Shown one piece after another: positions 48,650 through 60,600 of a DNA stretch of 64,000 nucleotides. The notes beneath the pieces are model-generated. The model ran no database searches and was not told the origin of the DNA. It saw only the letters and a program-made list of their open reading frames with translations. Both the position numbers and the translations under genes were made by a program. This DNA comes from Phoronis australis. Its lineage: Eukaryota > Animalia > Phoronida. The stretch's first letter is position 1. Each line of letters starts with the position of its first letter. Location of the stretch: assembly GCA_002633005.1 (NCBI GenBank), contig NMRA01000689.1:124001-188000 (forward strand), read 5' to 3'.

Positions 48650-51600
48650 GTAAGTTGATGGTGCCAATAGATTTTTTCGGTGAAAATTGAGTACAAGAAG
48701 TTGCGTAAAAAAGCAGTCACCTCTCATGTGAGTAAAAAACCACCTGAAACCAGTTTTACAGCGGTAGGTTTACTAAATCACAAGTTAGCTTCTTGAGCGG
48801 AACGCGCAGGTTTATAGCCGATTTAAGGCCAACAGAAAGCAAGGTCTNCGCGTGTAATAATTAGCCTGGATTTCTTAGTCTGTCGAAGTCTCATCATTGA
48901 AAAAGCATTGGAATGACGATACGCCAAATCGATTTGTACTTTTGATTTGATTTGTATATTGTCTGTGGTACTAAATGCCGTTTGTTCATGGGAAATGAAT
49001 TTACGTATGCATGTCGTGGTTTGAAACTATAGACGTAACGGTGTGAAACTAATGGACAGCGAAATACTCCAGCAGACTTGAAAATTGAGGTTGTCCAGTC
49101 AAACAGAGGCGCAGGGTCCAGTCGTGCACTAAACGACCAAAAAATGACATCACCTGGTGATCATATTCCATACTCTGATCGTTTTGACCTTGGCTGCAAC
49201 AGTCAGTGTGTCTACCGGACTAGTCTACCAGTTGTTTTCTCATTTCGGGGCACTGTAGAGCTGGGTATACTCTAACAACCATGCTTAAATTAAATTTTGT
49301 TTAAATGCGACCTTAAGCACTTATTGTGAATTATCGCTTGGAACTGTTTTGCTCTGACAAGCGTGTCAACGGTAATTGATAAAATTTGTTAGTACTCTAA
49401 ACCGAAATGATTTTTAAAAACCTTTAAAATTGATCCTAAATTGGTACTTTGTTCAGAATTTGTGGATTTGAATGTAACCAAATTTTGTTAAAAACACGAT
49501 TTTGACCTATATCGTCTGGAAGGCTTGCAGCTCGTGTGTTAAACTGGTACAGAACGACAAAACACTGTAACGCGCAACAAAACGGAGAGTCTTTTCAAGA
49601 GTCGCTCACGTCATAAAATGACGCGTCATACTTTCCACAATTTGCACTGAACATGATAACTAACCTCTCACGAGCACTTGCATGACCCAATCAGAGCCGA
49701 ATGTTCGAAAGAAGAATTTTTGTCGCTCATCGAACAAGAGGACCTTTGGACCACGGGCGGTCCTCCGCACTCTGGAACCACCAATCTTTCGACACTGGAC
49801 CGCTGACATACGCTTACCACTTGGATATGTATCAGTGTTCGTTACCACGTGACTGGCACACTTAGCGCAGACCATAGGCGTTACCAATAATTGCGGTTAG
49901 CCACATTTTTTCCCGCTTGTTTTAATTAGCTGACGTGCAGCTCGGCTAATTTAGTACGTTTTACTTCACCACCGCTAAAACTAAGGCGTCGTCCGCCTAT
50001 TTATATACTTCTCTGTGCAGCTTTGCTTTTATAAGAATAGATGTTAGTAGTAATTTCACTGTTGTGACTTCTGTAAAGGGAAAACTCTGGGCAAGAAAAG
50101 TAATTTTACAGAAATCAGCAGTAGCGCGAGCTCGAACGCTCTTCCGCTGAGTCAAATCCCAGGCATTAAATAACAGAGTGTTTCAAACGTATTTAAGAAC
50201 GGTAAAGACACAGGCCTTGATTTCAGCGAATGTCTGGCAGACGACAGTAAAAACTGACCATTTGTATTAAATCATAATAATACAACGGGTTTTGTTTCAT
50301 AGCTCTGCTTAAAGCTAATAACTTCAACAAGTCTTTTCCAATCAACAGTAATCTCAAAATTGCGTTTTTCGCCCGCAAAAACGATAACATCCCTTTAACG
50401 ACCTCTATTGTGGTAATGAATACTGAGACTTTCACAATAAATAATTCGTTATTTGTTTAACAAATTGTGTATTCGCAGTAGTTTGGAACAGGGAATCAGT
50501 TAAATAATAACGACCCAATACCCCTTTTGACGAGCAGTGGGCATTGACACGACATAGGTCGATAACGATGCTGATTTCAACGAAAACGTACGAGTAGTTA
50601 GAAATATGCTGCAGACGCGTGAACTTTTTTGATTTACGATTTGCTTTCGCAATAATTATTCACAGTATCAATGACGTCATCATATAATAGATTTCGGTTT
50701 AAACAATGATAACCGATGTAATATATGAACACAAATATTTACTTGATGGTATTAAGTTAAATTGTAGAAAACACTTACGTCAAACAATATTCACTTAGGT
50801 TTAAATGCTTAGTACCATGGGCCGATTTACTTCGACAAATTTCATGATAAAAGTTACGCACCTCGCTGTCGCGTGTGTGCATGACTGGATTCGTGTTTTC
50901 TTAAGCAAATAAGAGCTTGGAGCGGTTTTAATCAGCCAACAAATTAGGGCAGCGTTAAAGTTCAATAACTGTGTATGGCTTTGTTTTTTGTTTAAATTAA
51001 CACCACAGTCTATTTCCTAGGTCATTGGCACTCAAAGTTCTTTTCAAAACGGTTCCAAATTATTCATCACCGTCACGCAATCGAATGCGTACACTGTGTT
51101 CATTGCATCACAATTTTTGTAAGCTAGGTCAAAACTTCGGAAACATTGATTCTAAAAAGTCGCCCAATGCAATAACCGTTAATACCACCTGTCTTGTGGG
51201 TCGGCTGTTGGCTATCAAACGACCAAGTTTCTTGGACTTGGTTCTGTGAGTTACATAAGGATCAGTTGTAAGTATTTCCCGTCATAACGCGTTCAGGGTT
51301 CACAATTGCTGTGTTTATGTGTATTATGTTTTCCATGCAAAAAGGGCCACCTGGTGGAATCCTGTAAACTATCTCAGATCAGGAAATATGACCACGTTAG
51401 ATACTAACTGTAGATAAAGAGATAGATGGACGGACGGTTGGATGGATGGATGGATGGATAGATGGATGGATGGATGGATGGATGGATGGATGGATGGATG
51501 GATGGATGGATGGAGTGGATGAATGGATGGGCTACAGGCAGACAGACAGGCAGGCAGGCAGGCAGGCAGACAGACGGACGAACAGTTAGGCAGACAGACA

Positions 51601-54600
51601 GACTGACAGTCAGGCAGAAAATGCCAATAAGACTTTTAAAAGACTTCGAAGCCTCTTGCACGAAATCCACCTAGTTTATCTAGTTTAAACAAAATAACCT
51701 ATTTAGGCCTAAGTAGTTAACGTGTCGGACGAGTGCAGTCGTTAGTACTTTAGTGAGTAATAATAGAGTTACAGAAAAACTGACAACTGAACTATGAAGA
51801 CAACATACAGAGAGATAAAGACTAAGATAAACAGAAAGAGTCCTGTCATCTAGGTCATTGAACTATTACAATATTTTGAGAAAACAATTAGAAAGAGAGG
51901 TTAATCGCTGAGATACCCGATACAGCAACTGCGTCAGCTAAAAATAAAACCCTGGCCAATCCGAGTGTTCTCCCATAAGTGGGTGCGTAGGAGCGTGCTG
52001 AACTCGGGTGGACCGTATTTTGCGCTCTCAGGCACAATCGTCCAGGGTGGGTATCTTGGTTTGGTGGTGTTGCTCGTGGTATTGTTTCGTGTAAATATGC
52101 GGAGGGTCGGCAAAAGTAGTATTTTGTCTCGGGCAGGGTTTGCCGTCCCTCGCATGGAGTGGTCTCGGGTACTCATCTCCCTGATAGTGCATGGTCCATG
52201 CATTGCATTGGCGAGCATTTTGATTGTGTCGCGGTACCCCATACCCATTATGCGGAAGGAAACGCCCTCTCACAAACAGCTAGTGCTTTGGTTGGATCCA
52301 TGAATCTGAGAGGGGAAGCTTGTGGCAATTTATGACGGAAGTGATAAAATCCACGAACGCAGCTGTTGCGTGCGCCATCAAAATCACAAGCTAAACGATT
52401 GGCTACATGCACCATTGTGGCGAAATAAATTGGGCGGCGTACTTTTATCTCACTTTCTGCATAGAGAGGCTCCTGGGACTAAACGATAAGAAGTTTGTTT
52501 TGTAGCGCCACCTATGGCAGTTTCACCAACGCTTTCGCCTTGTCGGCAAGTCAAATATCTAATTATGTAAAAGTATCAAATGTGCATTCTAAGCAAAAAA
52601 GGTATAAACAAAATGGCAAAATCTTATTCCGTGACATCTAAAAACATAGTATGCAAAAGTTTCGTATGAATCTCATCGCTATTTATTACATATGGCATTC
52701 GTAAGTTAGTAAAATTGAGGTATTTTTCTAGGGACCTACATAGCTATAACAATGTGTTCTGCAAAAACATGAAAATTCCAGATTTCGGTAAACGTTCTCA
52801 CGTATGATTTCCAAAATATTATCACAGTGCGGTGGGTGTCTGTTGCTAGGTGTTACCGGAAGCTGCCTTACCAGCTGAGCCAGTTCCTGCCTTATAAAAC
52901 CTACATAAGAGAATGTAATAGCGAGACAAATTGCACAAATGCGGTTAAAAATCTGGCACAATTTTTAGGTAGTACGCAATTATGAGCAAACGACAACTAG
53001 CTTCGATATTAAAACCAGCTGTGGCGCTCTTTGACGGAAGCAGGAATGTGCCTTCGTCGATTGCAAAGTCATAAATCATGTCGTGCATGAAACATTCATT
53101 TTGGAAAATAGCGAACTGAAATGCCGCCTGGTAGTTGAATTGCAGGTATTTCTAGAAATCAAAAAACTTTAAAAACGTGTTGAAAGGGATTCGAAATCGA
53201 AAAATCATTCATGATGTTCAGTAGGCTTAATCTTGCAATAACATTTTGGAAAGCATTATTGGGTACAATAGGATCTTATTAATACGTTTCGGCTAAATCT
53301 TTTGGCCTATGTGAGGAATTCACACAGTGAAACTCAGTAAATATTTTGAACTTAACTTTACCAGCGTATGTTTTCAATAGCCTGATTGTAATTAGAATCC
53401 ATAGTTGCCCGTAACAGCGTTCGTCAGTTCGACATATGATAGCGAACAAAAGTTCTTGATGCCGACGAAAACCAAATTTTTTTTAATTGCGCAACTTCTA
53501 TCTTTTTGCTTCAGCTTATATATTACGTGTCTATTTTTTATTTATTTATTTATTTTGTTTATAGTGGCATGGACGGATCAATATGTATTGGAATGCAAAT
53601 GGACTTGATAACTGTCGTCGTCATTAAAACTATTTTCATACATACTGTCAGTTACTTATTTCATAAGAGACCTGATAGTTTGATGATTAGTGAGTTCAAG
53701 GTTTCATTACCTGCGTCATTTGCGTAATTAGCAGCTGTATTGATACAGGAATGTGATCTTTCGTATGGCATTGAAACTCTTCTCGTTGGCAAAAACAAGA
53801 ACCACCGTCAAATCCTTGTCACCATCACTATTGCTGCCCACCGTTACCATTAGTGCCTAGTACAACGAGTGCTGCAACATCACACTACCAGTGCGGCCAT
53901 CACCACATCTATCACCCCTGCCACTACCGTCGCTATTAACCCCATCGCTAAAAGTCAGTGGCGGTTAACACTATCATTAATCCCATCCCAGTGGCGGATC
54001 CAGGATTTTGTGTTGGGGGGGCAGGGCAGAGTATTGGCCAGAATTTTGCCCTTCAGACATTCTCACCCCCGAACTGCCAAATGGAATCTGGGAGAATTTT
54101 AGGGGAGCCATGTCTCCCTTGGCTCCCCTCTAAATCCGCCCATTACATGGGCAGCGCAGCGCTGAAAAAAGTGGTTGCTATAGCCCCCTCAGCCCCCCTG
54201 TGGTGCACCGCCCATAGACCGTGGACGACGCAGCACTCAAAAAAGTGGGGCTATAGCTCCCTCACCAACCCCCTATGGTGTGCCGCCCATGTCATTAGGA
54301 CACTAAAAGAATGCAACATCCGCCATTTTCATTATCGTCGTCACTTCTTCTACCATTTCCCATCCCAACCACTACTCATTCACCCAACTGTTATGGATCT
54401 GCCACTTTCACCACCACCACCACCAGCACGACCAACATCACTACTCACTGCACAACCACTATCACCATCAACAGCTGCCACCATCAACACCACCGCTCAT
54501 CACCGCAACCAGCACCACTTCCGCCGTTACAAAATCCACTACATCATTAGTTTTCACCAATTCATCTACACGAATCACCACCGCTACACATAGCCTTTTC

Positions 54601-57600
54601 CGACACGTGCACCGCCTTCAACGTTATATCGTGAGAACATCTCTTGTGCTCGCAGCTCCACTTTCAAGACGACTGGGCCTTAGGTCCAACAGTTGTTTAT
54701 TTTCATAAAAGGTCTCACTATCAAATAGCGATTAAAACAGCACGTTGTACATGTGTATTTTCACGAGTTTTGCTTTTCTTGTCAAAAGCAAACGTGTTTT
54801 CGTTATGTCGCTTTGGGAAATCTTCCCCAGTGGTTACCCCGAGGCACGATATCATTAAAGATCAGCACTCGCGGGAAGTCTGTAGACTTGAAGCATCATA
54901 ACAAACGTGATGTCTTTTTTGAAAAACCTTGCCCTCCTACCTTTGAGATAATCGCTCAGCGTGATGCGTTTGATCTTATATTCCTTGCTGATAAAAGTAA
55001 AACAAACTTTAGGCTGTTTTTTCAACAAAACCAGCTCTTGCTGTAGGTTCTCTTGCGGTTTGGAACTATTGATTCACACTGGATATTTAGTTGAAGAAAC
55101 GTGTCCGGGCCAGCACTGTCAGTCATTTGAGTTTCCAAACAGAACCATATTTCTTTTAAAGAACGCTTTTTAAAGATTTTACAGCGCAAGGTGGAGGTCG
55201 CAAAAACACTTGTTGGGCAATTAGCATTGCATTCATTGTGGTGAAACGCAGCCGCCAATCTTTCTGCCTGCTCTCGGTTCGACCTGAAAAGTGAAATGTT
55301 GTAAAAGGTACACGAACGCGGCAAATTTCAGGAACCTTTTGATCACAATGATTGAATCCTGTAATATTTTCAAAGCCACTCAAAGCTTTGGCGCATCGTC
55401 AAACAGTTGTAGAAATAAACCCCCCACTTCGAAGTCTCTATGATGGGAGGTCTAAAACTGCATTTCTTAGAGGAAACCGATCTGCTATCATGAGAGGGAA
55501 ATATTTGATAGGCGTTGGTTTTAAAGTTGCATTTCGCCCTGATTATGTAGCTTAAAACGAAAGTCGTCTTTCACTCTGGAAATTTGGTCTCATAATGTTC
55601 TTTACCCTGATAGGATGTTATTTCCATTACCAGCAAGACGATCGGAATCATCTGATCTGCGACTTGAGAAAAGGCTTCAGAGTGTACTGGCGTTGGCTAA
55701 CCCTTGAGTCGCCAGATCATTAGACAATAATTCAGCATCAGATGAGCGTGGTAATGTTTTTAAACCCCAAAGCGCTTTGGTTAACATTGACAGATAAACA
55801 GGAACGAAATGCAGCTTTAATAGTTGTTCTACACGTCTACGTGGCTGTTGCATATGAATGAATTCCGACAACACTGGCCAGCAATTAGACATGAAATAAA
55901 ATTGTCTCTAGTTTCTTCGATTCTGTTATTAGTGGGTGGAACGGAGGGAATGAGAATATAACGTCAAAACGATTTCTGGGCTCTATCATACTTATGAGTC
56001 CTCGTATTTGTAGTGCGGATGTTACTCACAAGTACTGCGATGTGTGATTTCGGGTGCATAGGGAGTGCAACTTAAAATTAAAGCCTTCGTTTCTACATGA
56101 GCCAGCCGCCAATCACTGAACTAATAAACAAACACGAATCACTTAGTGCTACACTTTTGCTGAATATCTCGAATTTCTAGTTGATGCAAGCAGTGCAGCC
56201 ATTGGTTCACAATTTGAAAAGAAATCATCATTACAAATTGCCTTGCGTGACGTTCGTGATTTGTATTTGTAATTCTTATATTGCGTTGATTGTTGTCAAC
56301 GGAGGAGCCAAATGATGGAGGTTGGATTATTACCTTGTATTAATACATTGTCATGGAAACTAAGGATCAAACTTTTATCATTTGCCGGTGCAGGTGAAGG
56401 TGAGGAGGTAGTAAAATCTAATTACGTAGGTGGATGCAAAAAATAGCAGATCTGTCAACTGACTCGTGACACAGTGAAATCGACAACCCGACTCTGTGGC
56501 GTCTGCATCAATGTTGACACGCGTGGCGCATTTTAAATAAGCCTTCGTGTTTGCATTTGAGTTAGGAGTATTAACTGGTCTGCGCGCTGATCGCAAAAAA
56601 TGATCGGATGTTGTCGCAATGGAGGGGTTCACTGGCTGGTATCCAAATGGGCTGGTACATAGTCTCACAAACCTAGAAAAAGTACATCGGGACACATCGA
56701 CATTAATACTTTTGGGAAGTGAGAGTACAAATACGTCCCCAAAGTCCGTAGTGTGCAAAAAAACATGAGCAAGGTTCTCACGCCTTTGGAAAAATAAGGG
56801 GGTGTCACTAAATCAAGTGTCGTGCGTATAGTCTCAGGGGCGGATCCAGGATTTTAAGTTGGGGGGGACAGGGCAGAGTGTTAGCCAGCATTTTGCCCCT
56901 CAGACATTCGCACCGCCCCAAAGCCGGTGCCAAATGGAATATGGAAGAATTAAACCCGCCACTGAGTTTCACGTCTGAAATGATGGTAACTTACGAGTCT
57001 TACACGCTTGACACAAATGGAAAGTTTTAGAGCAGGTTCTATCCAATGCGCACCTGTACGGGCTCATTCGACATGCGCACATTCTGTGAATGAGAAACAA
57101 ATCAAGGCGCTGAATGTCTGGGCTGCTTTCAGGAGACACAAGACACTCGCCAAGCATTTGCGCAAAGGAATCTTCACTCATGTGAGGTCTGTCCAAACAC
57201 TTCAATATACCGACATCTCTGACCAATCACTAAAATGGCCTCTAGTTTGCTATGCTAGGTCAGGGTCAGTGAGGTTCTGAGCATTTACACTATTTACTGC
57301 TACGAAAGATAGAGCTACACTTTCATATAGGTGGCGCTGTGACAGAGAAAAATCCTTACATTGAACCATGCTTCATTTACTTCGTAAGCCAACACTATCG
57401 CGTTATCATTCTTAGATACATCCACGAGTAACCAGATCATGGGCGACGTAAAACTGAAAAAAGTGGGGGCTATAGCTCCCCCACCCCCAGCCCCCTATGG
57501 TGCGCAGCCTGCGAAAAAGCATGACATTATCTTTCAATGTCGGGCATCAAAGCAATGACAAGCGCCTGTCTGTGCTTTTGATAACTTCCGTAGCTTCCAT

Positions 57601-60600
57601 TCTTCGTAAATTATCCCGTTGTCGAACAATTTTGAGAGACCAAATCACGAAATGTCACCGATTTTCCACGACTGACATGTTTGGTGAGCCGGCTCGTGAA
57701 TGCCGGTCTCGCCACCTAGTGACTGCATAAGATTTGATCCAGCCTTTGTTTGATTACGCCGGGCTGCGAAGTGACGTAACCAGTCCTGATATGGCCTCGT
57801 TCCGGCCCCAGGCTCCAGCTCGCAGCCAGCCGCTCGTGTAAGCCGAAAAAAAACAGTCAAATTCCCCCATTGTATACTTCCTTATTTGGAAAGTCACGTG
57901 AGTTGACTAGCCTGGTGGGTGTCGTTGCTTTAAAAAGGCTATAGAGAATACAAAGAACATCGTTTGCTTGTTATTTTGTTTTTGTTCTATACATAATGAA
58001 TTGTGCTAGGCATCCCATAAGCAGTGTAATACAAAGACAAGTGTACAGCCTGTAGGACAAGTTTTGTCTATTTACAACGATCTGACACCAACGCAGGTAG
58101 CGTAAACGGAAAGTGAGCTTATGGTGGTGCTGCCATTCCCCGTGTGGACACCAACGTGCAATTAAACTAGCAAAATACAATTTGGGATGATGGAAACTAT
58201 CTGTGCTCGTGTTGGGAGCCCCACATTATACATATGCCTTGCTTCATCCAAAGATAGAGATGTTCAAGACCCCATGATTGTTGCCTACATCAAACGATTA
58301 ACCTCGAGCATGCGCAATAAATGGCGTCTACACCAAAAACCCTGGGTGGAATGAAGTTAACAATTGCAGCCTCNTTTTTGTTCTATACATAATGAATTGT
58401 GCTAGGCATCCCATAAGCAGTATAATACAAAGACAAGTGTACAGCCTGTAGGACAAGTTTTGTCTATTTACAACGTTCTGACACCAACGCAGGTAGCGTA
58501 AACGGAAAGTGAGCTTATGATGGTGCTGCCATTCCGCGTGTGGACACCAACGTGCAATTAAACTAGCAAAATACAATTTGGGATGATGGAAACTATCTGT
58601 GCTCGTGTTGGGAGCCCCACATTATACATATGCCTTGCTTCATCCAAAGATAGAGATGTTCAAGACCCCATGATTGTTGCCTACATCAAACGATTAACCT
58701 CGAGCATGCGCAATAAATGGCGTCTACACCAAAAACCCTGGGTGGAATGAAGTTAACAATTGCAGCCTCCGTCTTTGTCAATTTACACGCGCACTGTGAA
58801 GACACGTGTGTGAGGTTCCGTATTCATTGCAAAGTTACTCGATTTCATTTTTATGACCAACATGAACCTGAATAGATTGAAGCCTTCTAGTTTCATATGT
58901 ATACTCATGAAACACTGCATTGCGTCATCTTGCTTTTTGGTGAGTTTCTTGCGTCCACGGAACGTACCCCCAGTGGGTGCCAGTCTTCTCGTGCCTTTAT
59001 TGCATTATTCACTTTATTCATCGCTAGTGCTCAATGTCGTTTCATTTTGTCACCAACACTGAGAGCGGAATTTTAAGGATGGTTTACGGAGTGCGAAATG
59101 AAGTTTAAAAAGGGCGAAATACGTGGGAAGTAAAGTTCAATTTTATTCGTTAAAATTGGATTACGCTTCGTGAAACAGGAGTAGCAGGGCATTTATGAAA
59201 CTACATTGAAAAACACGAGAAAACTACAGTTAAAGAAACAAGCGTTAACCTGGCGAGTTAAATTACTAACGTGTGCGTTGTATTGTTTTTAAGTTGGCCT
59301 ACCCAAATGCAATTACAGAAGTCCACCGCACTTTGGTAAACCCACTTTGGTTTCGATACTTCTGTGGGTTCAATTATTTCCTTGACACTGGGAAGAGCAG
59401 TGATGAGGCGTTTGAACTATAAAAATGCGGACAACCATAGCATTTCAAAAATGAAGAGAAATTTGAACTGAATTGTGGAACTTTTTATACGATGGCCGCA
59501 TTGGTTTCGGCGCCTTAGAGCAATCATTGTAAGGTTGGGGTTTTGTCCGGAGCAGCGTTTGTTGGTAATGCCCGTATAGAAATATAACAAATGGCATTTT
59601 TAGAAATAGCTCATGTTTAATAAAAAAAATACACAGGGTCATTAAAGTTTGTCTACATTGCGTCAAAACAGAGCCAACGAGGTAGAGTGATGGTAAAAAT
59701 ACAAATAATTCTTATTCAGTTACTGTTACTTTTATTATCAATATCACTGTCAATTGTTGCCGAGTCTCGGTTGGCACTTCCTTGGGATTTCAACCTCAAA
59801 TTGATTATCTTCGGTTTTTGTCTTCAGAATGCAATGGGACAAACACAAAGCTCAATACCCGAACATCAGACGTCAGACGGCGCTATAGGTTCTACCGAAA
59901 ACGCTACGCCGGATGTGAAATCGTTCACGGGAATTTGGAGCTTGTCTTTCTGCACAACACTAACATGAACTACGACATGAGCTTCTTAAAGGACATTCGA
60001 GAAGTTACTGGATACATTCTTATCGCTGTTGTGTTCGCCAAAACTATTCCGTTGACTAGCTTGGAAGTGGTCCGGGGCGAGACGTTGTTTAGGGGCAGCA
60101 GTCTGTACGTTGTGCTTACCTACAGCTCCTTGCAGGACGTCGTTGGCCTTTGGGAGTTGCAGATGCCGTCGCTTGTCGGTGAGTTTCTGTGACATCATTT
60201 AATGAACGTATTTCAAAAGAATATAACTTTCCGTGTCATTAGTACACGGTTGTTCAATAAACGTTGTCATTGATATATTCTATTTTGGTATGGCCTCAAT
60301 CTAAATCACTTTCATGTTTTATAACAAATAAAACAGAGGAGAAGGTCGAGTAATAGAACTACAACTGTTTATTGCATTTTTCTTCGAGATTCAATTAATA
60401 GTCAAAACTGTGTCTCTGGAGAGATTAATTCATAAATTTAAAGTGATTTTCGCACATGGGTTTTGTAGAAAAAATGGTATTAGTTCGATGTTACACATTG
60501 TCAGCATTGAGCCTCTAAGTCACAATTTTTTGCCCCTTGTCTAACACTTCGGTAATGTGGTAAAGTTTACATGAGAAGGTGTAAGGTGGACTTGAAACCG

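Noticed and set aside
51404-51674. MDGW/IHPS repeat ORFs
   Set aside because: Microsatellite translations
53958-54593. 211-aa ORF
   Set aside because: Runs through MITEs and CAC-rich repeat; no ATG start, domain or splice signals
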